Positions 1 through 13,500 of a stretch of DNA of 64,000 nt are shown here, piece after piece (the first letter of the stretch is position 1; every line of letters starts with the position of its first letter). Both the position numbers and the translations under genes were made by a program. Source of the stretch: Chrysomallon squamiferum (taxonomy: Eukaryota > Animalia > Mollusca); the NCBI GenBank assembly GCA_012295275.1, contig CM022672.1:6014001-6078000 (forward strand), read 5' to 3'. Under the pieces are notes generated by a model, which saw nothing but the letters and a program-made list of their open reading frames with translations, searched no databases and was not told where the DNA came from.

Positions 1-409
1 ATACACACGCGCGCTAATAATACATAAATACACACATATACATACATACTTACATACTTACATACATACATACAGTCATGAATACATTTATACATACATT
101 CAGATTTACGTACACATAGACATACATGCACATTCATGCAAACATACAAATTCAGATCATAAATAACAGAAATTCGTAAGACTAAAGCAGATATCTGAAC
201 ATATATGCATCCACGGCGTCTAAAATAAAAACTAAACATTTATGTTTCAAACAGCTCTGACGCTGTGAAACTAACTTTTAGTCATCACAAGACATACTGC
301 ACAACAGTTTTCTCCGACTGAACGTTATAGCGTTGACTTTCATCTCGTTTAATTTATGATAGATATTATAATAATTTATGCATGCCTGAACTTCCGCCTG
401 TTGAAACAG

Positions 410-488
410 GATGTGGCCAGTCTTCCTCCAGTTAATATTTCTGGGCATGTTGGCTGTGTGTCTATCAACATCGAGAATTATGCATTAA
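410..488 (+). other. Possible terminal (or signal-peptide) exon of a gene entering from outside the window; reads MWPVFLQLIFLGMLAVCLSTSRIMH*
   Basis: CAG acceptor at 407-409, ATG 411, TAA 486-488. Hydrophobic stretch in locally GC-richer sequence; no partner exons found. Confidence 0.25.
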
Positions 489-584
489 TTTTCATTCATA
501 TTTTGGAGGATATTTTTATTTTAGTGCTATAAGTATTAATTTTTTAGTGAGATTTTATTATTATTTTTTATTATTATTATTATA

Positions 585-609
<25 letters not shown>

Positions 610-617
<8 letters not shown>

Positions 618-840
618 GATAGTAATAATCATTAAATTATATAATATAAAAAAAAAAATGTAAAAATGGATTCGTATTTAGTTTTTGTTTCATTAATTTA
701 TTATTGTTATTACTGTTATTATTATTATTTTATTATTATTATTATGATAGTAATAATCATTAAATTATAGTTTAATTAAAAAAAAAGTAAAAATGGATTC
801 GTGTTTTGTTTTTGTTTTATTAATTTATTATTGTTGTTGT
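610..840. repeat. Two-copy tandem duplication (~128 bp unit)
   Basis: ATGATAGTAATAATCATTAAATTATA...GTAAAAATGGATTCGT...ATTAATTTATTATTGTT occurs twice in succession. Confidence 0.8.
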
Positions 841-1363
841 TGTTATTATTATTATTATTATGTTGTTGTTGTTGTTGTTGTTGTTGTTTCAGGGTTTTCA
901 TTATACGATTTTAATAACCAAATATAGTTGTTTAACTTTCTGAACTAAGTGATGTTCTTATCTGAAAAAAAAACAAAAAACATTCAGTGCAATATTTCTT
1001 GCTCGCTATTTATTAACCATTTATTTTTATATAACGTTTTTTACAAGCTTTTGTTTTTGGGTGGGTTTTTGTTTTCACTGCAGCTAAAACATTATTGTCA
1101 GTGTTTATAATATTTGAATAACAGTAGTAGGTAAGTATCTTTTCATTCGCATTATACAAAGATCATAAAATATCTCCCGGTCCAGTCAATGCAATAAAAC
1201 TAATTTAATATTAAAGGCTGTACTATTTGCTTTCCTCTCAATGGAGAAATGTGTGTAAAAGATATCTTCTTGTTCTCTCATGTTTCAAATCTTCACTAAT
1301 TATTAAAAACATAGTAAAAGGATAGTTTCAAAATATTGTAAGCCATACTTAAAGAAATTATAT

Positions 1364-1365
<2 letters not shown>

Positions 1366-1412
<47 letters not shown>

Positions 1413-1482
1413 ATTTATTTTTTATTTTATGTTTTATTTTTTTATTTTTTTTTAGATTTTTGTTTAAGCGTCTACTCAAAAC

Positions 1483-1552
<70 letters not shown>

Positions 1553-1957
1553 ATATATATATGTATACATGTATATTAATTTTTGCTGCATTTTCCGTTG
1601 CAGTATCTGTCTCTGCATCATATTTTACATGGGAGTTTGCACATAAAACGATTAAATATTTAAATACAGCAAAACATCTGGAAAGGTAAGGAACTGTACA
1701 GTAGACTTAAAGTGTGAAAATATACTAAATACACTGATCTGTTTCTACTTGTTATGAGAAAAAAAAATTAAAAAAAATACTTTGGATAAAAAAAAAAATA
1801 AAAAAAAAAAAAAAAAAATGAATACCAATAAAAGAATGGAAGAAAAAAGAAAGAATGAAAGAATAGATAGAGAAAATAAAAGAAAACAAATAATAAAGGA
1901 AAAAATGAAAAACGTAACGAAAAAAAAGAAGAAAAAGAAATCTTCTTGTTGAGTCTT

Positions 1958-2002
<45 letters not shown>
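1366..2002. repeat. Microsatellite cluster (TG)n, (TA)n, (CA)n
   Basis: Pure dinucleotide runs near 1366-1408, 1488-1562 and 1961-2002; they explain the CVCV/YIYI ORFs. Confidence 0.95.
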
Positions 2003-2006
<4 letters not shown>

Positions 2007-2801
2007 ACTATAACGTTACACGTCTATTTTTTTCTCGGTATGGGGCCAAATTTAAACATTAAAGATTACAGCAGACTTTGAATATCAACATGCAAACAAT
2101 AAAAAAGCAGTGAGCTGAAGAAAGTGAAAGTATTGAATCAGCTATTTTAACACAAATCTTATCAGTATATCTCTGTGTATATCAAGTTAACCACACTAAC
2201 AACAGATACGATGCAAACTGATATCTGTAACCTAGCAGAATAAATAATTTAAAAATTACCAAAAACTCCGAGGAGGGTTTGTGTTCACGAAGTTCAGAAT
2301 GGTTTATCAAATGTACAGATACGCTGCTAAAAGTGAATATACATGGTCTCGTTATATAAGTGTTATTTATTTAGGTTTATATTTTGGTTTACAACGAGAA
2401 ATGTTTTTTTTAAGAAGGGTGTAAACGGGAATGTTACGTTGCAGGCAGAAGTCGAGATGATGAGATATTCGCCAAAGTGACACGAAAAGAAAGAACAAGA
2501 AATGAATTTAAACTAATGAAACGATACCCTCTCAATAAAAATAAATAAATAATGATGATGATGACTATGACGACGATGATGATGACGAAATTTAGACCGA
2601 ACAGGATGAAGAGGATGATGATGAGGAGGATGAAATTATTTACACAACAATTATATTTATTGTAAAACAAAATATATTTAATTTCTATAGAATCAGTCTG
2701 TTCACATTCTGTGTGCTGTACACAAATACGCAACTGAAAGACAAGCTTGGGAAATAACAACCTAACACCCCCATACCCCACCCCACACACACACCCCACA
2801 T

Positions 2802-4606
2802 CTAGTTTGGATTCAGATATCTAGCGAATGGCGATCTTTTGTCTATGCGACACTCGCATGAAACTCTGATTGGCTGAGAGTAGGGTTCCCATTCGTCTGT
2901 CAAAACCTGGCCGCCATTGTGGATTACCATCATGCATCTTCCTGGCTTTTTTCTCAACATCGTCAAGTACATTACGTTCTGATGACAAGAACCGTGTGCT
3001 GAAATAATTTAACATGCAAAACATGAAACAGTAGCAGGATGTGTTTACGTACTTGCGCCGGGATATTTAAATGTTCAGTATTTTTACACGAACCAGTAAA
3101 TATTGTTTATACATCATAACAGTGTACACTTTAAAAATAATTAAAAAAAATAATAAAAATAAAAATAATGAAATGAATAAATTCTGTTAGTTTTATTTAT
3201 TTATTTATTTATTTATACATCATAATAGTGTACACTTTAAAAATTAATAAAAAAATAAAAATAAAAAAATGAAATGAATAAATTCTTTTAGTTTTATTTA
3301 TTTTTTATTTATTTATTTATAATAATTACACAGATATTCGTTAACTTTAAGTCTAAATTCGTTCGACTTACACGTGGATCCAGTGAAGATGCAGCCTCTG
3401 TCTGAACTGTGGCAGACGACCTCGTTGATAATTCGCGGGAATTTGTCGTCAGCGAGTCTGGTTGTGTGAGAGCAAGTTGTGCACATGTGTAAGTAGCCTC
3501 CAGCACTCTGGTCGCCTCGTTTTGTGCAGTATTCTGCCACAGACACCGACCCTTTGAATTAGAGAATGCTAATAAATAAATTGCTTGTGTTTGACACAAA
3601 AATGCTGCAATGTTAAAGAGCAAGATCGAGGCAGCGCTTGTCATCCTTTTGGCTTTATTCCGATCACTGTATGTTCCATATGTCTGATTTATTAAAGGGC
3701 ACGGTATGTTTTGGTGCTCTAGGAGATCTGAGGGGTTGCCCATGGGAAGGTGTATATAAATGTTCACTTTCTGCTAAGAGGTAATAGTGGATTAGTCACA
3801 GCAGTTTACCTCTTTCATGTCATTTTTTTATACAATCAAACGAATGGCAGACACCAAATATTCAAGATCCATACTCAAACAGTGATGTAGCTAAGTAAAT
3901 AACTTGTCAACTTACTGAATGTTTAAATGGTCACCATTTTCACTCCAACCTCAGATTAATATATTTATTTAATGTCTTACCTGGAAACTTACGTACTCTC
4001 AAGTTGTCATTCAGACCTGATAATCGCAAAACAAAACCCCAACTCAAAATTGATTTATTTTTATTATTACAGTGGAACTTCGGGTTAAGAACGCCTCGAA
4101 GCACGAACAAATCTTGGGCAATTTTTGTCTCTGTTTACGAATAATGTCCTGAGTTACGAACTACAGCGACACGCCACGACAAGCTTTCGTTTGACGTCGG
4201 TTTTGACGTCAACATCTAATAAAGATAACAATAGATGCTTACGTCAAAACCGACGTCAAAGTAACGATTGTAGGCATGTCCTGTAGCAAATATATATCAT
4301 GAATTAGGACCTTTAGTCTTCGATAAGCAGTTGCAGTTCAGTAGCTTTTGCACTGAGATTGTGCGCTTTCATTTTTTATAGTGTTGCTGCGTTTATGGGA
4401 ATATTTTTTATTATATGCTATCCAATATGGCACCCAAGAAAACAAAACGTAAAAGCGATAATGCTGGTGGAAAGTATAAACGTAACACAGTAGAGGTTAA
4501 GAAAGAAATAATTGCAAAACATGATAGTGGCGTTCGTGTGTCTGACATCGCTTCGGTTTACGAATCGAGTTCTGGAACGAATTAAGTTTGTATCTAGAGG
4601 TTCCAC

Positions 4607-4652
<46 letters not shown>

Positions 4653-5712
4653 TTACTTACTTACTTACTTACTTACTTTTCAAAAATAAATATTATCTAC
4701 TGGGTTACTAAATAAATATACTATTTTCTGCCATGACGCGATAAACTATATAAATACTCTAAACTGGGACACCCTGTACTGAACTATGTTTTTTGATCTC
4801 TGTAGTAGAGTCGACCTAGACTGGTTAAATGTATTTCGCTGTACTTAAACGTTTCAAAATGGATTATTATTATTATTTTTTATTATTATTATTTTTTTTT
4901 TTTTTTCGGTTGTAATGTTGTTTGTTTTGTTTTTTTCAATACCTAACTAAAAACGTGTTAACAAAACAAGCAGACATAAACATTATAATAATATCACCAG
5001 AAAAGTAAATAACACACACACGCGCGCGCACTATCAAATATGTATGTATGTATGTATGTTTATATGTACAAACAATAGCAAAATGAGAAACTGGTACCTG
5101 CGAGTATTCTATTCACCAGACTTAATATTAAAACCAAATACAATCTACAGTGATATTTTCAAAGCCAAATATAAAACTGTAACATACTTGTAACTTACCA
5201 GTACTGTCTCTTTTCACGCGTTCATTTTCCCTGTAGATACGGTTAGCTGGTACAACTTGATCAAGCACGTGCTTTGGAAATCTGTCGTGATTTCCTAATA
5301 AACCGCTGCCCTTACGTTTATTTCTCTGTTTAACATTTTTAAACCTGCGGTTTCTGCTGCGTTTTTGTATCTTGTGTGCCTCCGATACGAGCTGTTCATC
5401 AGATTTGCGTTTGATGTAAATATTTGTGGAGGATAAAGGTGCTTTGAAAATATTATTCATGACGTTTTTCTCATTCCAGGTTATTTCCAAAGGAGCGATG
5501 TGTTCCTTAATGGAAGGTGCGCTTTTTGCTGCGTACAGCTCGGAATACTTTTTATCCAACTGCTCGATGAGTTTTGCTTTGGTTAAAGAATAATCCCACA
5601 CCCAGTTCTCTGTGTGTTGACGTGAACCCGGATCCTGAAAATTATTTACAACAGTTCGTGTAAATCCATGAATTCATACTTGTTAGGCGACTAGAATCTT
5701 TTCTCTCTCTCT

Positions 5713-5744
<32 letters not shown>

Positions 5745-7093
5745 ATCATAAGAATAACTTAACTTTATAGTTATTTAAATAGATTTATAATTCTTACAGA
5801 TAATAATAAACCAGATGTGACAAATAAGTTACGGCAAAGTCAGTCAAAACAAGAATCATTATTACAATTAGTTGCCCTAAATAGCGAGTTTTCAAAAACA
5901 GTTTTATATATATAGATAGATAGATAGATAAAATTAATGTTTAAGTTATAGACTAGTGGCGTCTTCACTTTTTCTTTTTTTAATTTCAAAATGACGTCTG
6001 ACCTTGACCTTCGTTTGACCTTAACAATAAAAGACTCATGTAATGCGTTTCTGTAGATTAATTCAGGATTTATGACAAGTTCCACTTACCTCATACATTT
6101 CATTCAGAGACAACAAGTTCTTGAAGTTTCTAGTAGCTTCGCTTTCTTCTGTAGCCATATATTGTCGTACGTAACTCCCTCCTTCGTCAGCGAGGACAGT
6201 AGAAAGATCGGTGTGAGATAGTTCGATTTTCATCACTGCTGACTCGTTGCATGGGACAGATCTCGATATGATGGGTATTGTTGGTTTACAGTCGCTTATT
6301 TTAGAAGATGTTGTGGTTGAAGATCTAATAGTCGGGTTGGGAAATATAAATCCTTTGTTTCCAAATAGAAGCTGTTGACTGGATGCCTTTGGAATAGTGG
6401 GTGAAATCGTAGGTGCCGGTGGTTTTGCTGTCGGGACGTCATAATGTGGTTTTGGTATCAAGCCTAGAACTGGGTCTAGATAGAATGATTTAAAAAAAAC
6501 TTTAGTTAGGAACTTAAAATACACGTGTCTTTAAGGGAGCAGTACCGTAAATACACAGTTTCATATGTCCCAAACATTCCCTTGTTTGATCAAATAACTA
6601 TCCTTTTTTAATAATAATGTATATGTATGAATGTGTATGTCAGTGTGCGTTCGTATGTGTGTGTATGTATGAATGTATGTATGTATATATGGATGAATCT
6701 GTGTGTGTGTGTGGTTTTAGGATTTTGAATATTCCTTGTCGTATGTATGTCTGATTAAACTCTGCAAATAGACAATATTCGGGAACGCACTGGCGCAGGA
6801 GGACAAAATCCAATCACGACCTCCTTTGTTAATAATAATGCATATGCATGTATGTATGTATGTATGTATGTATGTATGTATGCATGTAAGTATATATGTA
6901 TGTATGTATGCATGCATGTATGCATGTATGTATGTATGTATGTATGTATGTATGTATGTATGTATGTATGTATGTATGAATGTATATGTTGTAAAATATA
7001 TAAATTGTTATACTTACACAAACCAGCCTGAGACTTCAAACACCTAAAACATCCTATCAGGATCAAGACAGAAAACACACTTCCTCTTTTCAT
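2802..7093 (-). CDS. Secreted cystine-knot cytokine/growth-factor pro-protein (Trunk/PTTH/noggin/IL-17-like), ~436 aa
   Basis: Coding exons 7093-7018, 6475-6090, 5634-5199, 4016-3981, 3551-3372, 2998-2802 join in frame with GT-AG boundaries (1311 nt). Signal peptide MKRGSVFSVLILIGCFRCLKSQAGL; basic sites RSRNRR, RNKR, RVKR. C-terminus: YC..LHMCTTC..DDKFPRIINEVVC..GC..GSCHQNVMYLTMLR..C..DEWEPYSQPIRVSCEC. Confidence 0.8.
3106..3310. repeat. Two-copy intronic tandem duplication (~105 bp)
   Basis: TTTATACATCATAA(C/T)AGTGTACACTTTAAAAAT...GAAATGAATAAATTCT(G/T)TTAGTTTTATTT repeated twice. Confidence 0.85.
4070..4608 (+). mobile_element. Internally deleted Tigger/pogo-family DNA transposon (non-autonomous)
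   Basis: TA|CAGTGGAACTTC left end and GAGGTTCCACT right end (inverted). ATG 4427 reads MAPKKTKRKSDNAGGKYKRNTVEVKKEIIAKHDSGVRVSDIA, resembling the N-terminal HTH of Tigger transposases, and runs directly into the right end. Confidence 0.8.
6840..6980. repeat. (TATG)n microsatellite
   Basis: Direct reading; lies in an intron of the cystine-knot gene. Confidence 0.9.
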
Positions 7094-7325
7094 TACCTAC
7101 AATAATAAAATGAGTAACTAGAAAATGTTCTAGTACACAGCACATACTGGACAATATAATAAAGTCAGGCGGTAATCGGGGATTTTAAAGGCATCCAAAA
7201 ATATTTAAGCCTTCATAGCATCAGTTTTATTACATCACTGAGGTAACTACTTTTTATGCTTGTAGAGTTATAAATGGAAAATGACAACAAAAAAAAAAAA
7301 AAAAATAATAATAATAATAATAATA

Positions 7326-7381
<56 letters not shown>

Positions 7382-8301
7382 GAAAAAAAAAAAGGAAAAG
7401 AAAAGAAAAAGTATCTGAAAACGTTTCGCATTTTTCACTTAAAATAATGAACAATGAATAAATAAATAAAAAGATATATACAAAGATATAAAAAAATACA
7501 TGTATAACAAGTAATTTATAATTCATATTTACCAAGATCTCATATGTACATGTATCATCCCACGAAGTGATTTAAACTACAATAGTTTTAAATTTACAGG
7601 TTTTTTATTAAACATTTCACACATCTGCACTGGAATGTCTGTTTGTATCAGACATAATTTCGCAGACGTTTTAAAATGCTAAAACACGGTAGTGAAATCC
7701 AGCAAAGTTCAAGTCTGAATCAGGAAATACTGTTATTTCTGTTTATTTAAGAAACAAACCAAAAGACTGTTTATGTTTAGCTAAAGTGCTTGTGTACACC
7801 AAAATTAGGATGTTTCTTACTTATACAAACACAGACATTTTTAGATGTGTCTATCGCGCATATTTCTTCGCTCTTTTATTTTTACATTAAATTATTTAAC
7901 ATTTTATCTTTCGCGTATGTTTCGATGTCTTTCTTTCCTTCTTCATTTATTTAGGTCATAAATAATATTATTTATTTTGGTTATTAGTGTATATATACCT
8001 ATAAAAAAAAAGTAAATGAACTATATAAAACTGTTTAAATATTTTAAAAATTGTAATGAATATGTAATTATTTCTTGGTGTATAAGATAATAATAACAAA
8101 ACATATTAAATCTTCATAACAAAGAAGGAAAAAAGATTAAAAGAAAAACAAATTGAATTCTCCAATATAAAATGATTGAGTCAAGAAATAATGACAGTAT
8201 TTATTCACACATTTTTTGTTGTTACCGTCGATTTTCGATTTTTTATTTATTTTTTTATTTTTTTTATTTTGTATTTCCAACATTTCCATTCAAATAAAAC
8301 C

Positions 8302-8416
<115 letters not shown>

Positions 8417-8500
8417 ATCTATACAACTCTAATGCACTATATTAATTTTTTTTTTTTTTTTATATTTTTTTTTTTAAATCATAAAAACAACAGAACTTAC

Positions 8501-8640
8501 CAGTATCATCATGGTAAAGTTATAACCTGGTATTTATTTTATCCAAACAAAGAAAATTTGCTCGCTGCTAAATCGCATCGTGTGCATGTTACACGATCAA
8601 GTTCTCGCGACCTGCACTAGTCCAAGGACTTGTACTACAA
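8501..8640 (-). other. Probable non-coding first exon of the cystine-knot gene
   Basis: CTG|GTAAGT donor at 8500 on the minus strand; the ATG exon has an acceptor only 3 nt upstream of ATG (7096); locally CpG-richer. The 5' end is approximate. Confidence 0.45.
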
Positions 8641-9847
8641 AGAAACCAACAGGTCAACCCGTAGGTTAAGGAAGGAGAGAAAAAAAAACACGAATGAAAT
8701 TTATAGCGTGGCTTTAGATTACGTTTATATTTATCCGTTCAGATAAACTGAGATAACTGTAGATCAAAAGATAATCTTTTCACAAAATATTTATAAAATC
8801 TAAATTTAATATCAAAAATATTATATTAAATGATTGTTTCCTAGTATACTGTACATCGTTTGAAACGCATCGCAGAATCAGTAATGGTAAATAAGTACTG
8901 ATGGCTTGAATGATTGATTTGTCTTTGACCAGACGAACGTGTACACTGTTTGAATTAAATCTCCGTTTGATGATTAGAAAAAAAAAAAAGTTTTGAAACT
9001 GGCATTAGTGTATAAAGGCCCTGTAAAATACAAGATATAAAATCTTATCGACTTCCATGCTTAACTTTTCTATCGCAGTATCTTGGTTATCATGTATTAG
9101 ACTCCCATATATAAATTATGAAATAGTAATATCACAGACAGGTAACACTGAAACACGAGGTGTGTCCCCTTCAGTAACAGATATACAGCACAGCTTTAAA
9201 AGGTAATAACTGTCAGTGCAATGTTTGATATCACAGTGGACGTCTTTGTTTATTTCAGTGACTCTCCGTCTTGACATGCTCCATTTTGTATTTGTCATAT
9301 ATTAGATAAAAAGTAACAACACGAAGTAATTTAAAAGAGAAAAAATTACGTTGTGTTTCGTCAAACAGTATCTGGGCACTCTACCAGTCGGCCTAGGGCT
9401 CTAACGGGTGGAGTATAGTTTGGCGATGATTTCATTGTATCTTTAATAACAGGCGTGGAAATAACGTTTAAGAAAATAGGGCGTAGCATAGTCTTTGTGA
9501 TTACGAAATAAAAAATTAAAAAAAAAATAAAAAGAGTAAAGCAAATAAAAGGTACAAATGTAGCTGCACTGGTCTAACTTTTCGTTTGGATAATGCTTAT
9601 GATTATTTACTGCTCAGTTGATTAAAAAAAATAATAAAATAAATAAATAAATAATAATAATAATAATAATAATGTCAGTGTGTATATTTCATAACATTCA
9701 AATACAACAACTTAGATAAGTTTAGATTATTTTATGTTTTACAAAAATTAAGTTTTTGAGATATACACATTACCAGAGCCAGAAGGCACCTTTTATAACG
9801 AGGTTGAGAAACAGCAAAATAGAAATGTCATAATCAGACTGAGTCTT

Positions 9848-9888
<41 letters not shown>

Positions 9889-10548
9889 AACAACAACAAA
9901 AAAACAGTTAACTATTTACCACGAGTAAGAGACTATTATTAAATTCTGTTTTGTGACGTTTGATGGGTTACCAGGTAGCATGACAACTATGACAACTGTA
10001 AATAATATTTACTTTTTAAGCACGTTTTCACTATCACTTAATGGACTTCGATACACATTGGTGTTTTGGCTGCAAAAGAATATAGGACAGTGCTGTTTAT
10101 TATCTGAACTGTTGTGCCATAGAGACTCTGTATATCAAATTAGTTATTATGAAAAAAAATCCAACTGTTATTTTTAATCTTATTATACATAACACACAAA
10201 ACAAAAACATTAATGATATTATTATTATATCTTATTACAATACAACATAATAAAGCATAATCACGCAGTGATGTAACATTCTTCTGTATGAACTAATCAG
10301 CACCCCAGACTTTATTGTAACTGGGAGAGATTTCTGTCAGATTAAAAGATCAGTATACTTGCAATGTAAAATCAATCTCTCAATCAATCAAAATCAATCA
10401 AACTCTCTCTCTCTCTGACTGTCTTGACTCTCATACATCTCTTTCTCTGTTCTCTCTCTCTTGATGTCTCTAATTTATTCTAGTTTCTCACACACACCTT
10501 TCACTCACTCACATTCAGAAAGTAAAGCACATTCCAAGGCACACAACA

Positions 10549-13500
10549 TCACAGATTAGCTGTGTTCACTTCAAACATCAGACCAGATTTGCCTGATTCG
10601 CTCTGCACAATGTTTAACGGTTGTTCAACGGCTGCAGTCCTCACTGTACACGTCTGATCGTCTTTGCAGACAAACAACTGCAACACCAGCGTCACTGACA
10701 TCTTCACTTCATCCAGTGTCTGTGGAATCATGATCTCTGTGACGGTCTGTCTGTGGCTGGCAGTCAAACTTCCACTCTTTATTGTCTTCTTCCCCAAATG
10801 ATCTTCAAATTCAAAAAAAAAATATAATATAAATATGTATTTAAAAATTCATGTATTATTTGAAAATAATTCAAGAGTTCTTAAGAAATAGATAGAAACA
10901 TTGATGACGTTTCCTTAACTACCGTGAAATGTATCTTGAGAATACCAATCTCTGTAACAAGCAAAAATCCTTATTTTCCTAGAAGAAATATTTTAATGAC
11001 AATTTTTTTACTGATAATTATAACTGCATCATACATATGGTTATGCAGTAATACAGATAATGAGACCAAAAATACTAATTTCATCCATGGCTGTACTACA
11101 AGCAAAAAAGAAGAAAAAAAAAAGTTCAATGAATAGCAAAACTTTTTTGACAATAATGCACCTTCCCATATACCGAAATCACAAACGGCAGCCTTTGATA
11201 AGCCTAATAAGAGGTCAGTGGGTGGAACTGGAAACATGCGAGTAATAAACTTGTCCCTCTCAACAGTTGGATTAAAGTGAAATGTAGCTTGGCCAGAAAA
11301 ATGACATATTTAAAACAAAAAACCTGTGAAAATAATCCTCCATGAATTGGGTGCCTCCTCGTTCAGATGTTCCCCGTGACTCAGATGTATGATCAGCTCA
11401 ACAGAAAGCTTGCAGTCTGAGTTCACACTCACTGAGTCGAGTGTCCTATCAGATTTTACAGCAGACTCTCGACTTTTCTTTTCTTCAGTAGCATTTGAAA
11501 AAATCACTGGAAACTTTATAGGAAACAAAGAAATAGTATAATTATACGAATGGTTATGATGATGATGATAATGATAAACTAATAATATTTTCACGTTTTA
11601 TGTCATACGTTTTTCTTCTTATTTTAAATTAAAGAAAGACCATAGTAAAGGGATTGAATTATAGCAAGGCACAAATGTGAAAAAAATATTGTTTAGAAAA
11701 GAAAAAACCCCAAACAATTGCCATTAAAAATAATGTTCCAAGCAAATTATCACTCTTTTTAAAATATAAATTTATTATATATGTGTGTGTATCTATTTCT
11801 AAAAACTGAAGAATACAATACTTCATTAATATTTTCCAATTAATATACATTTTGAGTTTGTCTAATAATTACATCTGATTCACTTTCTTACCTCACGTAT
11901 TGTTTTTGCAGTGAGATCAAATACTTTGATAGAGTGATTATTAGTATCTGCTATGTAAACAAGTTGTTTTTTTTGATTGACACAAACTCCACCTGGCTCA
12001 TTTAGCTCCACCTCCAATAGATTGTCACTCAATTGGTTACCTGGCAACCCACAACCAATGATTGTAGAGCACTGTTTGCTTGTCAAATCTACAGATTTCA
12101 GCTTGAAAAATAAACATAATTAATATATTAAAATGCTTGTAAACATATAATCATTTTATTTTTTTCAAAGATTCTCAGAAGCTCATTTGCTGTTTGCTTA
12201 GCAGATATATTTTATTTGTATCTAGAAGATTTACTTAAAAAAAAAAAAGTCCAACAGATATCAAAATAACAGACACTCAGATATTGTACCTATAACAGAC
12301 ATTCCTGAACCATCACTGAACATAAACATGTTAAACAGAACACAATAAACCTTGTGGTTGTAAGAATCTGCTACTAGGAGAGGTCCTTCTGGGGAGAGGA
12401 GAGACACACCCAAAGGATGCTGTAATTTGGCTTCTACTCCAACTCCATCTTTATCACCAAAAGCAAATAGATTCTACAAAGATACAAGAAAATAAATATT
12501 TTATTTAATGACACACATTACTTATTTTAAAAATTATACTAGAAATCATATCTGTAGACATAGTAGATGGTCATACAACAAGGTATACTTTTTTGATTGG
12601 AGGTAAAAGTTTTTTGTATGTAGCTTTTTGCACAGAGAAAATCATAACACAGTTTTTGGAAAGATGAAAAGGAAATAAATTTGTATAAAATACAATATTT
12701 TACTGGTTTGTGAGCCTGTATTCTACTTATTTCTCCAAGGATGGATGCACATCTTGCTAAATGAAACTGGCTAAAAGTTACACAGAAGCACACAGTTCTT
12801 TACAGCTGCTTGTCAGATAGAAGTAAATCATTTACTGAACTACTGCATTCATGTTTAACTGTTAACATAGAAAAAACCTACTTCAAAACTGAATTCAAAG
12901 AAAACAATATTTGTAAATGATCTACAATTTAAGAAAATATAAATACTAATTTCAGTATAAAAGTCATTAAACTGTCAGTCTGTCTTTAAAATTACAGCCA
13001 CAGACACACTGAATAAAAATGTAAGAATCTTAACACCATGTATGAATTAGCTTGATAAAATAAAAACTAAAACACTGACTCAAACTGTGGAATCAACAGT
13101 AACAGTGAAACAGAAAATGTTATGCTTTAAAAAGCACCTTTAGTAACCAGCAGCTTGTGTGACAAATTTATGTAAAGAGCCTTACTATTAAAATATTCTA
13201 CACATGGATCTTACTCAAAATATCAGTCCACAATTAGAATCACTTACACAGACTGAACCTCTGAAATCAAGCAATTATGGAACCTGGCCAATGCCTGCCC
13301 AGAATAACTGAAACCAATGTAAACACAGTCTTTGTCAGCTCACTCCACACACACTCTGGTCTTTCTGACTACATCACAAAGGGCTAGAATGTGGTTAAAT
13401 ATCAGAAATTACCATGGACGTATCAATATATTTGACTACTGTGTAAATACAGGTTGACAGACCTACAAACTAATGGCAGCACATTTAAAATGAGCCAGAC

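Noticed and set aside
1368-2008. ORFs rich in CV/YI/F (and similar HTYI, ERER, poly-L/N/V/Y ORFs across the window)
   Set aside because: They are translations of microsatellites and poly-A/T tracts with no protein signal.
2821-3024. 67-aa ORF MFCMLNYF...
   Set aside because: It is an alternative frame of the true last exon (2998-2802), which encodes the VSCEC terminus.
3309-3767. 152-aa minus-strand ORF with a TAGCAG acceptor at ~3771
   Set aside because: It overlaps the cystine-knot exon in the wrong frame, and phase-1 use of that acceptor reaches a stop.
5840-6085. 81-aa minus-strand ORF
   Set aside because: It starts immediately after a strong GAG|GTAAGT donor, so it is intronic; the flanking exons join in frame without it.
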